This document shows, in pieces, positions 12,686 to 25,848 of a DNA stretch of 64,000 nt; position 1 is the stretch's first letter; the number at the start of each line of letters is the position of its first letter. Source of the DNA: Tubiluchus corallicola (taxonomy: Eukaryota; Animalia; Priapulida); assembly GCA_030141605.1 (NCBI GenBank), contig JAQGDQ010000278.1, positions 62,001 to 126,000 on the forward strand, given 5' to 3'. Below the pieces are notes generated by a model, which did not search any database, was not told the DNA's origin, and saw only the letters and a program-made list of their open reading frames with translations. The position numbers and the translations under genes are program-made.

Positions 12686-14319
12686 TTTTCTAAATTTCTT
12701 ATTTCTTTTTGTGTTCATCTAACAAAAGTGCAGAGTATCGTGAAGCAATTCACGGGTTTATTTTATGAATTTTAGAAACTCTTTTCAGTAGCCATAGAGC
12801 AAGCGATACTACACTGCCTAAATGTGAACCTTTTCTCACTTGAATGGTTTCTGTTGCCTTGCTCAAGGTTAACCAGCTTTTTCTGTATCTCATCAAGTAA
12901 ATGTTGCGTGATTGATGTGTTAAAAACCATTAGCTGCTTTAATAGTTTAAATAAATCCTTTTGATTTTGATTTTTTTTTGTTTTGTTTCTCAACACACCT
13001 ACTCTTTATTAGATTAACACATTTTGTTATTACCAGTGGTCTAACAAGATAATTTCTTTACATTGTTTTGTTGCTTCTGATAAGCTTACCATAGACATTA
13101 TTACTTCCTAGATGTAAAAAAGCTTTTTGTTAATCCAGTTTTTCCTTCCTGCTTCTTATCTGTGGAATTCTGTACCAGAAATTTGTTTCCCCGAAGACTT
13201 CAGTCTCGCTCGATTCAAGAAGATATCACTTGTCACAAACAAATTATTATTTTTTTAATTTAGTTTCATTGAACTTGCACTCACATCTTTTTACTGCAGC
13301 TCGATTTTTTCATATTGACTGGGACTTTGAAATTTACAGTGACATGAGAATTGGTATTGGCCTTGTTTAGGGCAATTTGTAAAAACATGGAACAAATTGT
13401 TTATATTTACTCATTATCATCATATGCCCATTACGTCTATTGTAAACATTGGGCAGGCAGAACTCAAAAATAAAACAAACCCGCCCTTAAGACAAGTAAA
13501 CACAGCTTTTAATCCAACAAAAAAAACCAAAAAACTATGCCCAGTGGCTTGTCAGTACCACTTCCGATTATATTTGCTGAAGCTGGACGAATTACAATCG
13601 CAATTAATCTCGGAAAAAATAGTAAATGGTAACAATTTCTTTTTACTCAGTTAACTCAGTAATTTAAGCAGGTGTTTCAAGATACCCTGTGGTACCGACA
13701 GCTTATAGCAATGACTCTTTAATTACCGCTCTTAGTAACAAAATCAAAATAAAAAAAAATTGTAACAAAATCATTTGACGCAAATCTAAATTTATTCAAA
13801 TCAATTGAACGATGAGTTGATAATGGCAGTTCTAAGAGACCCCACTCCCATTCCGACACCCATTTGTCGACCGGCGCAAGTCGTACAAACGTAGCATCTA
13901 GTTTACGTTCCTTCCGTGAGCGGCCGTCTATACAGATGTAATTGCAACTCCAGGTAGTGATTTGATGAAACCCTTCATAATGATTAGGGATGCTAATGAT
14001 GACGATTTGAAAAAGGAGGATACACTAATAGGAAGGCTTTCATGATCTCGGAAGAGAAATCCAGTATCGATGACTTCATCAAATTACCTTAATGATGAAG
14101 ACAGGATAAATGTCTTATGATATCACTAATTAAGGTTAAATGTATATGTCGACTGGCGTATATATATATATATATATATGTCGACTTCATAAACAACACA
14201 ATATATAATATTTATACATGTGTGCTAGTTTATTAACGATTAGAAAGACACTGGTAAAATTATTGCAAATTCTTTAAATAAATTAGAATAGTTAGCTTTC
14301 CTTTGTCAATGATTTGTAG

Positions 14320-14491
14320 GAAATACAACTATTTTACTATTTATTGTAAATAGTAGCACATATTCCAACACAACCATAGCTACAGTGAGAAAGCAGAATT
14401 TTTTTACCAAATGTTACCAAAGATTGAAACTCCCAAGCTTGACGAGTCCTATGCTGCAGCCTATACTGGCTTATAGAATAGCCCAGCCCTG
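14320..14491. mobile_element. Degenerate right-half copy of the 11265-11628 MITE
   Basis: Shares TTTTTTACCAAATGTTAC and CAGCCTATACT.GC.TATAG.ATA..CCAGCCCTGA with 11465-11629. Confidence 0.7.
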
Positions 14492-14977
14492 ACTATAAGC
14501 CGAACATCACCATACTTTTCTAAGCTCTTAAACCATCTTTCAGTTAAATATTGCCCAAAATTGTTATTGTACTCACAGTGCCCAATAAAATGCAACCATA
14601 AGAATCAATAATAATTCATGATATGTATTCCCACCTCCTCCTGCTTATGCTATGCAGTCCTGTTGTCTATCCTGTCTCCTCTTCCTTTTACGGTCCTATT
14701 GCCTATCCGGGACGTGAAAGCTCGACTATTATTTAATATTATTACAATATTACAGAAAATAAATTTCATTTTACTCTTAGTATGCAATGCAATGTTTATT
14801 GTCAAGAAAGGACTGTGTTCTTAAGCCATAAATCACATAATTTCCCAGAATTCCCATCCATGTGCGATATCGGTTTACATTTTTAAACAAAAAGTAGAGA
14901 TGCGGTAATTAAGAAACTGTTGATTAATTATGTTCAACTATATGTGATTCTAATTTAAGAGGTGTGTCAAATTAAGA

Positions 14978-15085
14978 GGTTGTTGTTGTTGTTATTATCA
15001 TTATTGTTGTTGTTCTTACTATTATTATTATTATTATTATTATATCATCATCATCATCATCATCAATATCATTATAATTATTATA
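14978..15085. repeat. Compound (TTG)(TTA)(CAT) trinucleotide microsatellite
   Basis: Directly visible. Confidence 0.85.
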
Positions 15086-16379
15086 TTGTAATAGCGTTAA
15101 TTACATATTTATTTATTGTTTTATTATATCTTTCCTTGTTTTCTTGTGCTATCGATATTTCGTTTATTAAAGTTGTAATTTTGTAATTGTCTGTGTATAA
15201 GAGGTGCAACGAATGTTATCATATCATATTATAATAAAGGGATTGTATGCTACTCGAATAATAATTAAAAATACTAGCATTGGCCAGAATGTGTCAGATT
15301 TTCTGACCAAACACATATTATTTCCACGTTCAACTATTTATTACGATTGCATGAGAGTCACAATATTTAATTCGTTTTGCCAATGACGACCGCGACAAAT
15401 TGCCGACTGTAAAAGGCACGAAAAATTCAGTTCGGCTTTGATTTATTGCCGCAGACTTTAATATCGTTTGGTAGAATTGCACAAACAATAATTAATCAGG
15501 CCAGACGCATTAATGATTTACCACCTTCGGCGCTGCGTGCAAATAATAGCCCGACATTTTTATGGTTGCTTGTACTTTAATTAAAATTGCTGTTTGCCTA
15601 AAAATTGTATATACTTGTTAACTGTGCTAGATTTGCCAAGTTGACAGGTTAATATTCTTGAAATTAATGGTCTTTTTCCAGAGTTACAGGTTGATAGCGT
15701 ATGTAGTAATCAAGTTATCGTGTTGTTAGTTGGGCAGCCCAAGTAGCATTGTGGCAGCCTGCACTGGAGCTGCCCTGTCCCGCTCACAAAAATTATTCAT
15801 CTTACAATACATGGTTTGCTTGGGACGTGTAATACTGTGCATAATTACCATTGCGATTGCAGAAAGTCAAAAACGAAGCCGTAATAATAAATAGGTCTAA
15901 TCAGGCACTATAGGTGATAATGAGCAAAACCAATAAGCAAAATGGCACTCAGTGGAACAAAGACTTTCCCCAAAAGCCAGACAATTTTATTTTTCTAAAC
16001 ATATTTGACTCTTTTGGTAGAGAAATTAAAGGATGTTACAAGTTAATCTGATAACAATAGTCTGGCTGAAACAGCACAATAGTGAAATAATTAATTTATT
16101 TATCTGCAATCTACTAAACTTCACAGACATACTCGAAACTTTTAATGACATATTTATCAAAATGAAATGCTCAGTATAAAGACACAGTAAAACTTCTCCC
16201 CTGTAAAACTGTAAAACTTCTCTCCTGTACGCAAACATCCAAGAATGTTTGCTTACGTTTCCATCGTCCTTAGTTAGTTTGTTTGTTTATACGTTTTATG
16301 TTTGTTTGCTGATTTATCATCATCAATACCATCTCTTCTTGTAATTTCCACGAGCTTCGTAGCACAATCCTGCTAACGG

Positions 16380-16497
16380 ACAAATAGACAAACAAAATGA
16401 ACGGACGAACGAACAAAAAAAAACAAGCAAGCAAACAGACAAACAAATAAACAAACAAACAAACACGCAAGCAAGCAAGCAAAGCAAACAAACAAAC
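16380..16497. repeat. Degenerate (AAAC/AAGC/GAAC)n tetramer tract
   Basis: Directly visible. Confidence 0.85.
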
Positions 16498-16896
16498 GGT
16501 AATGCGAACATTACCTGCTTGGTAGAAGTAATTGTGTCAAAAAACTATATTGAAGTATTCGATTAAGCAACTCCCTTATTAAGACGTTTTTTAAATAGTG
16601 TGATCCGGTACCAAATTCTAAATTCTTTTTTATATTTGCTCACCGATACGATTTACTCTTCTGAAAATCTTTTCGTCCAGTGACAGTCTGCGATGCTTTA
16701 TAATCAAATAAAACTTAGGCTAAAGTCAGTAAAAGTGCAAAGAAAGAAAGAAGAGTTCTATGATCGATTGTAGATCGAATATCCATTTCGGTCAGGCGTT
16801 TGATGCTGATTTAGATGTAAATGTAGCTGTCGTTTTCGATGTTTCAGATAGGAACTGAATGATGCATGAATATGTTTCAGTTCGAATTTTGCATAC

Positions 16897-16946
16897 TGTG
16901 TGTGTGTGCGTGCGCGCGTGCGTATGTGCGTGCGTGCGCGCGTGTA
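16897..16946. repeat. Alternating purine-pyrimidine (TG/CG)n tract with Z-DNA potential
   Basis: tgtgtgtgtgtgcgtgcgcgcgtgcgtatgtgcgtgcgtgcgcgcgtgt. Confidence 0.8.
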
Positions 16947-18599
16947 AGTTTGGCGGCAGCTAACAACATAGATTAATTTGAAATAAAAATATAGACTAGG
17001 TACAGAAACTTGGCCCATATTCCCCATACTCTAACTCCTTGTTTTATCGTCATTATAAAAATTATTATAACTCCATATTATCGTGGACGATTCGTGTCTC
17101 CTAGGTGTACTATAGATTTCACATAGACATTATTTTTAACTTAACTTGACTTAACTGTGCTCGTTCGTAAGAATATAATATTATGCTGATATAATTTATT
17201 ATGCAAATACGTCTCAGTTATACATTATGAAAATAGAAGCAATTACGAAAATATGGATCTAACTTGCTTAATAAAACTAAAAGTGGATGGACTTTATGTT
17301 TATCTTTGATTCCACACGAATTCTATCACTGCATTTCAAAATTCACCGGTGGTTTACACTTTAAGCGGCCAAAAATGAAAATAACTTTGTAGATTACATA
17401 CACTATTTCATGAAATTCAAAGAAAGCTCGAAGTAGCTTTCTCGCTATAGCAAACTGGTTACTTTTTACGGTAAATAATAGTAACAATTGAAAAAAGGTC
17501 ATCTAGTATCATAAGTAAAAGAATTAGTCGGTCAATCGGTAGTTGGTTGGTCGGTCGGCAAGTCAGTCGAGAGACCTGTCCCGTTGCAGCCAGTACTGAC
17601 AATTTACAACTGAATCCAGCTGAAAGGTTACTTTTGTGTAACATATACTAATCTTTTCTTAACTGTATCGATGCCATTTAGCAGCTGTGACATGCTAAAT
17701 AATTGTCTCTTGGGAATAAACCAGGTCTTCTGCTTTGTAATGTACTTTCTAGAGCATCCAACTTCAGCGAGATAGTTTCTTACAAACGCTAACAACGTAA
17801 AGCTCTCTGGGGTTCCATTTCATTCATTATTACATATTCGCTCATGCAGTATTCATAATTTCCCCAGTGAACCATGATGTTGTCCACAAAGCTATAGACG
17901 ACTTGTCTTCTTTTAATCTATATTGTACTGCAACTATGCACACTATAACTGATGACCAGTATCAAGGCCGGCTCTAAGCAGTTTGGCACCTTAGGAAAAA
18001 GTATTTTAGCGTCTCCGTTTTCAACAGTTAACCCCTTGCCCACAGTCGCAGAAATGCGAGGATATTTGTGTTTGCTTAAAATTCTGCGTATATTATCAGG
18101 ATGCGCAAGTAGTCAAAAAGTTGCTGGTTGTCATATGCGCGCTGCATTGCAGTATTTCCAATGAAAAATTCCAATACTTTCTATAATTAAAGGATAATCA
18201 AAGGTGTGATTTTTTAGTTTATTCTAAAGATTATTGTTGTGAAATAATAAAACACATACTTCGCCACACCCACGGTCACCATGCACCCCGCCCACAAAAT
18301 TAATTTTTTTCGTTGTGTAATAAAGTACATAATGGTGCCGGTTTGTTAGGCTTATACACGTACTATGCCGCACTATAATCAACTGTAGTTAATTACCTAT
18401 CTACAAATTGTGTTAATTTCTTTTGAAATTGAAATTTATGACATTATTGTACATCCTGTATCTTCAGAAGTAATCAAAATTTCGATATATTCTTTGCTAG
18501 AGTTTCACTCAGCTTTTTCATCAGAAATTTTTGAAACACCAGCTCCTCTTTTTCACGCACATCCATGATCCATTTCACTAGTTTCATCATTTGGTAACA

Positions 18600-20069
18600 A
18601 ATTATTACTATTTATTTCGAAATTACAATACAATTTTCGATTTGTTAGTAGCCTAAAAATAAGAATATTTATACATTATAAAAATTTAAACAAAAAAGGG
18701 ACAATAAATAATACAGCAGTTAGTCAATGGGAGACAATAAACGTAATACATTACTTAATTTTGATATATTCGTTCTAGCATCAGGTTAAGTTCATTTCTG
18801 TTCAAAAATTCAAAATGTTTACGCTCGATTGCATTCACAATGTCTTTCACAAATAATACATGATATTAGCCACTGCTCATTGGTGACATTTTAAGCGCAC
18901 TTAGAGGCAACGTGTCTTCCATGCGAAATTGCACTTTTTGCATTATACACATTTGGACTGTTGTTATATTTATATCTCAGTAGTTGTGAGTTGTAACCCA
19001 AAGTAGAGTCTATAGAATTAATTGCATTTTTCGCGAAAAAGTTTACGAGGCAGTTTTGACTAGCAAGACACCATGCACAAAATTTAGCAAATCTAATATC
19101 AAACTGGTAACTAGGTTCTGCTTTTTCGTTCTACCCAAGCTATTTTCTTTATTCTAGTAAAGAGGATCTCAATACACGAATAATCGTATTGTATTACATT
19201 ACAAAATTCATTTATGTGCGCATTGTGCCTGACATTTGTGCGGGAACCACGTGTCGCACAATACAACGTATCGTATGGCGTTTGGATACGTAGCAAACCT
19301 TTATCTAACATTTATACGTTGAATTTATATTCGTTTAACTGGTTGACACACGTTTTGCACCGTGGTTTGCTATGATGTTCGCTGAGCTTAGGGCTACAAT
19401 TTTCTGTTATACCTATGCTATTTAGTTTTAACATTATTGGGTAATGGTCGCTTAGATTGTCGCCTAAATGAAGTGCGTCAAAAGCTGCAATTTTATTAAT
19501 CAGTCCCCTATTAACTATAAATTCATCAATAAAGATTTAGTAGTAGTACGTTCATTAAAATATGTATAATCAATTTCAAAAAAATTATTTGGCGTGCAGT
19601 TAATAAACGACCATCTTTCAATAAATGATGCGATCACTCTGACATGTGCTGAATCTCTTTTATAACCGGAATTTAAGTCACCTCCTATAATAACTTGATT
19701 GGGATTGTAAATATGAATTAAACGCTCTATCTCACTGATAACATTGACAGTTTCTTGAACTGCATCAGGGTCATTAGTACCAGTGTCATAGGGCATATAA
19801 GCATTAATGATTTGTGTGGAAATATTGTTTTTCTTTATCAATTTTTACAGAACAAACACGCTCGGACAATGACTTGACAGGAGCTAAAGTACAGTCGAAA
19901 GATTTCTTCCATAATATTGCATAGCCACCGTAAGGTCGCCCAATTAACATGTCTGCTGTACTGTCAACACCTGAACACGCTGTATTGTTATGATTAGCCG
20001 ATAATTCATTTAGTTTTAATAAGTGGTTCTCTAAAAGCCAATGTTTTTGCAACAATAGTACATCAGTCA
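18600..20069 (-). mobile_element. Decayed LINE (Proto2-like) with an APE endonuclease domain and C-terminus but no RT domain
   Basis: Minus-strand frames: DVLLLQKHWL...GRPYGGYAILWKKS...INAYMPYD...VIIGGDLNS...IDYTY...GDNLSDHYPI (APE motifs), then LDKGLLRIQTPYDTLYC...LG*NEKAEP joined to FDIRFAKFCAWCLASQNCLVNFF...STLGYN (C-terminal-like). AATAAA near 18610. Confidence 0.85.
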
Positions 20070-20675
20070 GAATTCAATTCAATTCAAAAGGTTTATTTAT
20101 CTCTGATATAATATTTATAGCACAATATAACAAATTATGTAAAGTGTGTAGAGATGGGTTGGCGAAAGACCAGGAGCTCATCGAGTCAGCCACCCCTATA
20201 TAACTTAGGAATAGTATAAAGCACGGCAGACTACATTGTTAAGTGAATAATACGTTGTTAGATCTTAAGTGTAGCAAATAAACAAAATGCAAAGCAGTTA
20301 TATTATAATTATACCAATGGAAAAAAAGCAAGCAAATAATGCAGTTAAATATTAAAACAACAACTAAACAAGATGCAGTTAAGTCATGAATGCAACAACA
20401 AAAAAGCAAGCAATGTGGTTAAATCATAAATGCAGCGAATGAACTAAAATGCAGCAAATGAACGAAAATATAGTTAAATCATGAATGCACAACAACAAAA
20501 AAAAACAAAAGGAAGAAAATCTGTGCAGTAAGTCTTAAATGTAATAAATGAACAAAAGCAATCAGTAATCATAATGTGACAAATATACACAAAAAGCAAG
20601 CAATGCAGTCAATTTATAAATGCAGCTAATAAATGAAAAGCAACCAAAAAAAAACTGCAATTAAATGAATTCAAT
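20070..20675 (-). mobile_element. L2/CR1-type LINE 3' UTR with terminal stem-loop and (GAATT)n tail
   Basis: Minus strand GGGGTGGCTGACTCGATGAGCTCCTGGTCTTTCGCCAACCC (stem-loop), then AATAAA and (TTGAA)n. Internal degenerate ~45-bp repeats. GAATTCAAT at both 20070 and 20667 may be a TSD. Confidence 0.6.
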
Positions 20676-22199
20676 GAAATACTTCATTAGCAAATCTCTT
20701 TTTTGCACAATATCCTAGAGATTTTCTTACCTTTCGTTTTATGTGATGCACTCCTGAAAGCTTCGATTCTTATAGGTTTTTACCTTCCATAATTAGATAG
20801 TTGCTATTGCAATAAACTTTTTTGTTAACTAGAAGAGTTACTTTCTCTGCTGCTCTACAATATAAACTGTGGGCAGAAAAAGGCAAGGTCAGTAATGTCT
20901 GTATGAAATGACGTAATTTTAGGAAGCCAGGTAAAGAAAAATAGACAATTTTTTACTGAGAAAAAAGCTCCGTGTTAGTATCGATCAATTATACATTTTG
21001 ACAGGAAAATACGAGTTCGTTTCATTTAATTAGTACTGTGCGCTTAAGCAATTACACAGACAATATGTAAGTATATACAGTCTGTATATTATTACTTATT
21101 TCAAACAAAAAAATTAAAGCATCAATTGCGGAATTTGGCGCCCTGTGCAAATGCCTAATTTGGCTAGCAGTAGAGCTGGCTTTCTCAGTAGATAAGGATG
21201 CACGTTACAGCCATGGCCGGAATTCATTCATATCGTGTTGCACAACTTGCACTCAGTAAACAGTTTCACTCTTCCAGTACAAGCAAGTATGCATTATTGA
21301 AGATTAAACCCTTCTGAAGTGTGTATGTCGTGCGTACGAGAGATTGTTGACTGTGCAGTGTCTACGTAGATCCTAATAATTGCCAGGAGAAATTCGATTA
21401 GTCAGTCGTCCTTCCGCAGTTTGGCCTAATCAGGAACGCTGTTAGCTGATAATTAATATAATAATCTAGCCTACATGCTGCTCCGTCAGAATTTATACTC
21501 CACCGGTAATGCAGAATTCAGATAATGGCATGATGTATATTGTAAGATATTAGGTAGGCATAAGTGCTTGCATGACACTGGCCAGCACTGGCTTCAAGTT
21601 GGCGTAGGGTAAAATGGCTAATGTCAGACAGAAATAGCTTTTTCCAGGTTTCTGTCTATACTTTTGTATTTTTCTTGGAACAATGCCTGATAAACTAAAG
21701 CTATGTTGTTAAGGAATCATGAAGTACAGGTAGCTGCGTAAAATGCAAAATGTCGTGGTAACTAAACGCTTGACTACATCATTTAAAAAAGGTAATGTCG
21801 GACAGTTGACAGGGTAACGTCGAAAGGGACAAGCCAGCACCCGTACTCCCAGGACTTGTCTCCCAACTGTTTTGGTGTACTTTTATATGCTGTGTCCGAG
21901 AAATTAACTGTCCGAGAGATTAACGCAGCTGACATTTCAACATATTGACCTTGTTGGCAGACTGCCAGGTCAAACTTTATTTGAATAAAACGACAATTTA
22001 CATTTAGTACACCTTACCGTCTGTCGGTTTCTTTGGTGTAGTGTGGAAGCCATAAACTAAAACTGGCTTCAAAGGTGTGAACGGTTTTAGAAGTCATTTT
22101 GAAAGGATCAATTACAAACTTCATTAGCAGTATTAAGGGAGAATCCGTGTTAGTAAATAGTTTTTCACAACTTTGTTTAATATTCGGAGGTTTATATGA

Positions 22200-22433
22200 T
22201 CACATCTCAACCTATTGGAACATGAGATGTTTTATTGTTAATCTTAGCATTGCAGAAGTCTAGATTACAAAGAAGCTGAACTGTAGTTTTTTCGTTGAAT
22301 TTATTAATAACTTTCCCATATTATATGTTTTAGTATGTTTTTTTATTTGATGAATAAGTGTGTATGTACATGTATGCATTTTAATGTATATTGTTTACTT
22401 TTTATTTGGTGTGGAATAAACTTAAACTTAAAC
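22200..22433 (+). mobile_element. LINE 3'-end remnant with (AAACTT)n tail
   Basis: EHEMFYC-like motif, T-rich UTR, AATAAACTTAAACTTAAACT. Confidence 0.45.
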
Positions 22434-23335
22434 TATAAAAATTTTCCAAGAGCGTTTGGTGATATTTCTAAAGACTCCAACTTGTCAAGCCTTATATACA
22501 CTAACAGTGGCTCCAGTCTGGACATTGAATGGATTAACTGTCAGTGGACAAAAAAATCTGTATTTTGTAGACAAGAAGAAGAGCAACATTCTGTAGCTAC
22601 AACATGCGCGCGCGTTACGTCATAGAAAATTATAATTAACATCTGTGTCAGTTTCAACAGTATTAACGAAATCTGTAAAGTATATTCACCTTTCATCATA
22701 TAAGGTTATTCGTTTCAAATGAGTATAATTGTCACAAACAAAACTACGAACTGCACAAACAACTTTTAGTACATTGTAAACTAAAATTATACTTATCATG
22801 CAGGTCTTTCCAGTCCTGACAGAATGCCAGAATTTTGCTTTCTGGTATTGTAATAGATTGCAGTACAAGGAGAATAAGTAAGATGCAGCATCATGATCTA
22901 TTTGATCGAGAATTCCCGCGTGCTTTACGCACCGGCTTCCTAGCCTGAGCTGAAGATAATTACTTGGAGGCAGTTTTGCTTATTGAGCAAACCATCCTTA
23001 ATGAGTATCTGCATAAAATTATTATTACTACGGAGTTAACCTAAATTGTTCTACGTGTCTATTGAGGAAAGTAATTGTATTTGTAATGAATAACATATTA
23101 CAACACATCCGCTACGAGGATATGAGCAGGAATTAAAGCGTTTATTCGGAATCGGCTTAAACAGGCAAATCGATCCCAAATTATAGTTCTGAGTTTTTCT
23201 TCCTATGCAGTCGTTTTTACTCTGTCTCCAATTAACTTATTATATTTCAAATAATCACGTTCAGCTACTATTTTTTTGCTTTTAATGTTCTTGCTTCACA
23301 GTGGTACATACTGTTTTAACATTTTTTCTGTAACA

Positions 23336-23381
23336 TTTTCAGCTGATGGGGCCAGCTAAGGGTGAAAGCTTCTAAAATAAA
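23336..23381 (+). ncRNA. Degenerate minimal type-I hammerhead ribozyme relic (Penelope-like element terminus)
   Basis: TTTTCAG-CTGATGG-GGCC-AGCTAA-GGGT-GAAA-GCTT-CTAAAA followed by AATAAA. The core topology is present with several substitutions. Confidence 0.45.
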
Positions 23382-23863
23382 AATATATAATCATTGAAAC
23401 TATCAAGGGGTTATGTTTTTTAGGTTAAATGTTCCTGCTTCTAAGCTTGACTTGATAATTTGTGTACTATGTCCTGGAGCTGTGTAGGCCTTGTTTTCCC
23501 ACGGCAGCTTATTATTTAATGAATTCTTTTTACCATGGATAGGTGGCTCTGACTCATTTTGTGCTGACTAATAATGGGAATTCAAGCGTGCTTTGGCCGT
23601 GCGAGCTGATAGCTCAAATTTATTCTGATTTACATTTTTCAGAGGCTCCTGAAATTTAACTATGAATATTAATTTAAAGCTACTGAATGACTTGCGTAAC
23701 ATGCTCCGCCTCCATCTTTCGTGGAAAGAAGGCTTTGCAGATTGCTACAAGCTCATTACAATCATTACACCTCTATTTCCAGTCGCCTCTAATCTGCACT
23801 ATTACTGGACAATAGGATCGCAATCACTGGCTGGCCAGAACTAATGGCTGAGTCGTTAAATTA

Positions 23864-24157
23864 ATTTCATCGTAATGGCTTATTCGGACATAGCGTAGAA
23901 GAGACACGGAAACTGATGCTTATGACTCGTGCAAATTTATCAGGTGTTTTTAACACGGGCTACTTATTCGGCGTGCCGTTTATTTCAGCGCTGGTTGAAA
24001 AGATACGAGATATTTCATCGTAATGGCTTATTCGGACATAGCGTAGAAGAGACACGGAAACTGATGCTTATGACTCGTGCAAATTTATCAGGTGTTTTTA
24101 ACACGGGCTACTTATTCGGCGTGCCGTTTATTTCAGCGCTGGTTGAAAAGATACGAG
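23864..24157. repeat. Tandem duplication: two identical 146-bp copies (period 148)
   Basis: 23864-24009 equals 24012-24157, separated by AT. Confidence 0.97.
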
Positions 24158-24491
24158 TTTAAGTAAAAACACAGGTAAAGATAAAATGTCCTGAAAAAGC
24201 CGATCCAATGTAGTTGGTACTTATTTGGTCTGTAATTCAAAAGTAAAACCGTGATTTGATCTCAGTTCAATTTTTTTTCGGTAACTAAAACCATGTAAAA
24301 TACAACTATAAATACTAAAATGAAATAAAATACAATGAAAAAAAATTTAGAGTACAGGGTTAGTTAATTAAAAGCTAAACAATTTTAGAGGCTAATTGTG
24401 TAATAATTCATTCCATTTAGGCTGTTCAGGCTTAAATCATTAAGTATTGCAAATCAGTTAATAAATATTGTAATCAATTTTTCAATTACAG

Positions 24492-25124
24492 AGGGAAGCT
24501 GCACAACCTCAAATCAAAATAGGACGATTTTTCGTATTCTAGCCCATTTTGAAAAACATTAAAAGTGTACATTTTAAGATCTATAATAATGCCAAAGCGT
24601 TTCTGGTAAGTAATAGGTTAAAAACTTAATTAATGACAGACGAGCCCAATTAATGTTGACATCACAACCAAACTATAACAATAATTTTCAACAGCACAAA
24701 CATTTCATGAGCGTGTTGCACAATGCACATGTTTGTGAAAGCGATTATTAAAGTGCAGTACTACTGTACAAAATTCAGTGGGATACATAAAAACTCGACA
24801 AATTTTATTGTAATTTTCAGTTTACCGCTGTGCTCTCACATGAGCTCGCGGACATGTGCACTACGTCACAAGTGAGCACCTCTTAACTGAGAGGTAAAGC
24901 ATCTTTCTGCAACACGTTTCCGAGCGGCAGGCGCTAGTGCACATTTAACTAGGGAATGACGAAGTGCATGTAACAGCAAAGAACTAGCCGCGCGCATGCC
25001 AAATTTCCATTCACTGGTAATAATTTTTTCACGTATGTCATTCTTGAAAATACTATGTTCTCTTTTTTGTATTTTATAAGGTATTTTTTTTGAGCTATAG
25101 TTTAAGATTCGATCCGATTTTCTT
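24492..25124 (+). mobile_element. Dispersed Kolobok-like non-autonomous element, copy A
   Basis: Collinear similarity to 43220-43740 (AAAGCGTTTCTG, TTCAACAGCACAAACATT.CATGAGCGTGTTGC, CTACGTCACAA, GAACTAG, TATAGTTTAAGATT). Confidence 0.8.
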
Positions 25125-25848
25125 TCTGCTTATTTACAATTAAATGTCGAATTGGAGCGTATGACCGTTTTACGTATTCATTTTGACCCTGGATTGTAGT
25201 CCAAAAATATAGAAAACGATTATCAAACATCATGGTTTGCAAGATTTAGGTTTGCTTGACTTCATCCTCTCATCTCAGATTAGTACACATTGCATGGTTA
25301 GACTGTCTGGAAAAAACGACCAGTTAAATCAAACTGTTATTACTAGGATTGGAAGAAAACTGTTGAAATTTACTAACAGACAACTTATACCCAGTGATGG
25401 TTTTTAAATTTTCCTATAATAGAATAAGAAACAACATCATAGGAAAAATAAATTTCATAAGCTCTTATTCATATACTAAATTGAAAAATAAACAAATATT
25501 GCCAGCTAGTTCCAAGCTAGCAGCACAGTCTATTCAACTGATGAGGACCGTTACGGTGAAAATAAATAATGTGTTTGAGGCTAATAGAGAAATTCAACGA
25601 TGTCATTTAAAGAAGACAAAAGAGCAATCTCTTATTAGTGTGTTCAATAAGTGGAGAAACTAATTCTGACACACCAGACATTATATTGTATATCTGCGTG
25701 TGCCACATTCCTAAATTATCCCGATTTTTTAGTTTTAAGTTATTTTCGAAGTTTTTGGAAAGACTGTATAACGCGCAAGTTCTTCACGTCGAGTGCCACA
25801 TTACTTGTTTGGCGCAAATGTTCTAAAGAAACGGAACTTATTTTTCAG

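Larger units (their letters stand above)
17963..21184. mobile_element. Old hAT-like element (degenerate TIRs) hosting nested LINE fragments
   Basis: CAAGGCCGGCTCTA (17963) pairs with TAGAGCTGGCTTTC (21171-21184). Subterminal TTTGGCACC and TTTGGCGCCC. Flanks accagtat and ctcagtag share CAGTA. The minus strand near 20760 reads KLSGVHHIKRK, reminiscent of hAT transposase N-termini. Confidence 0.5.
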
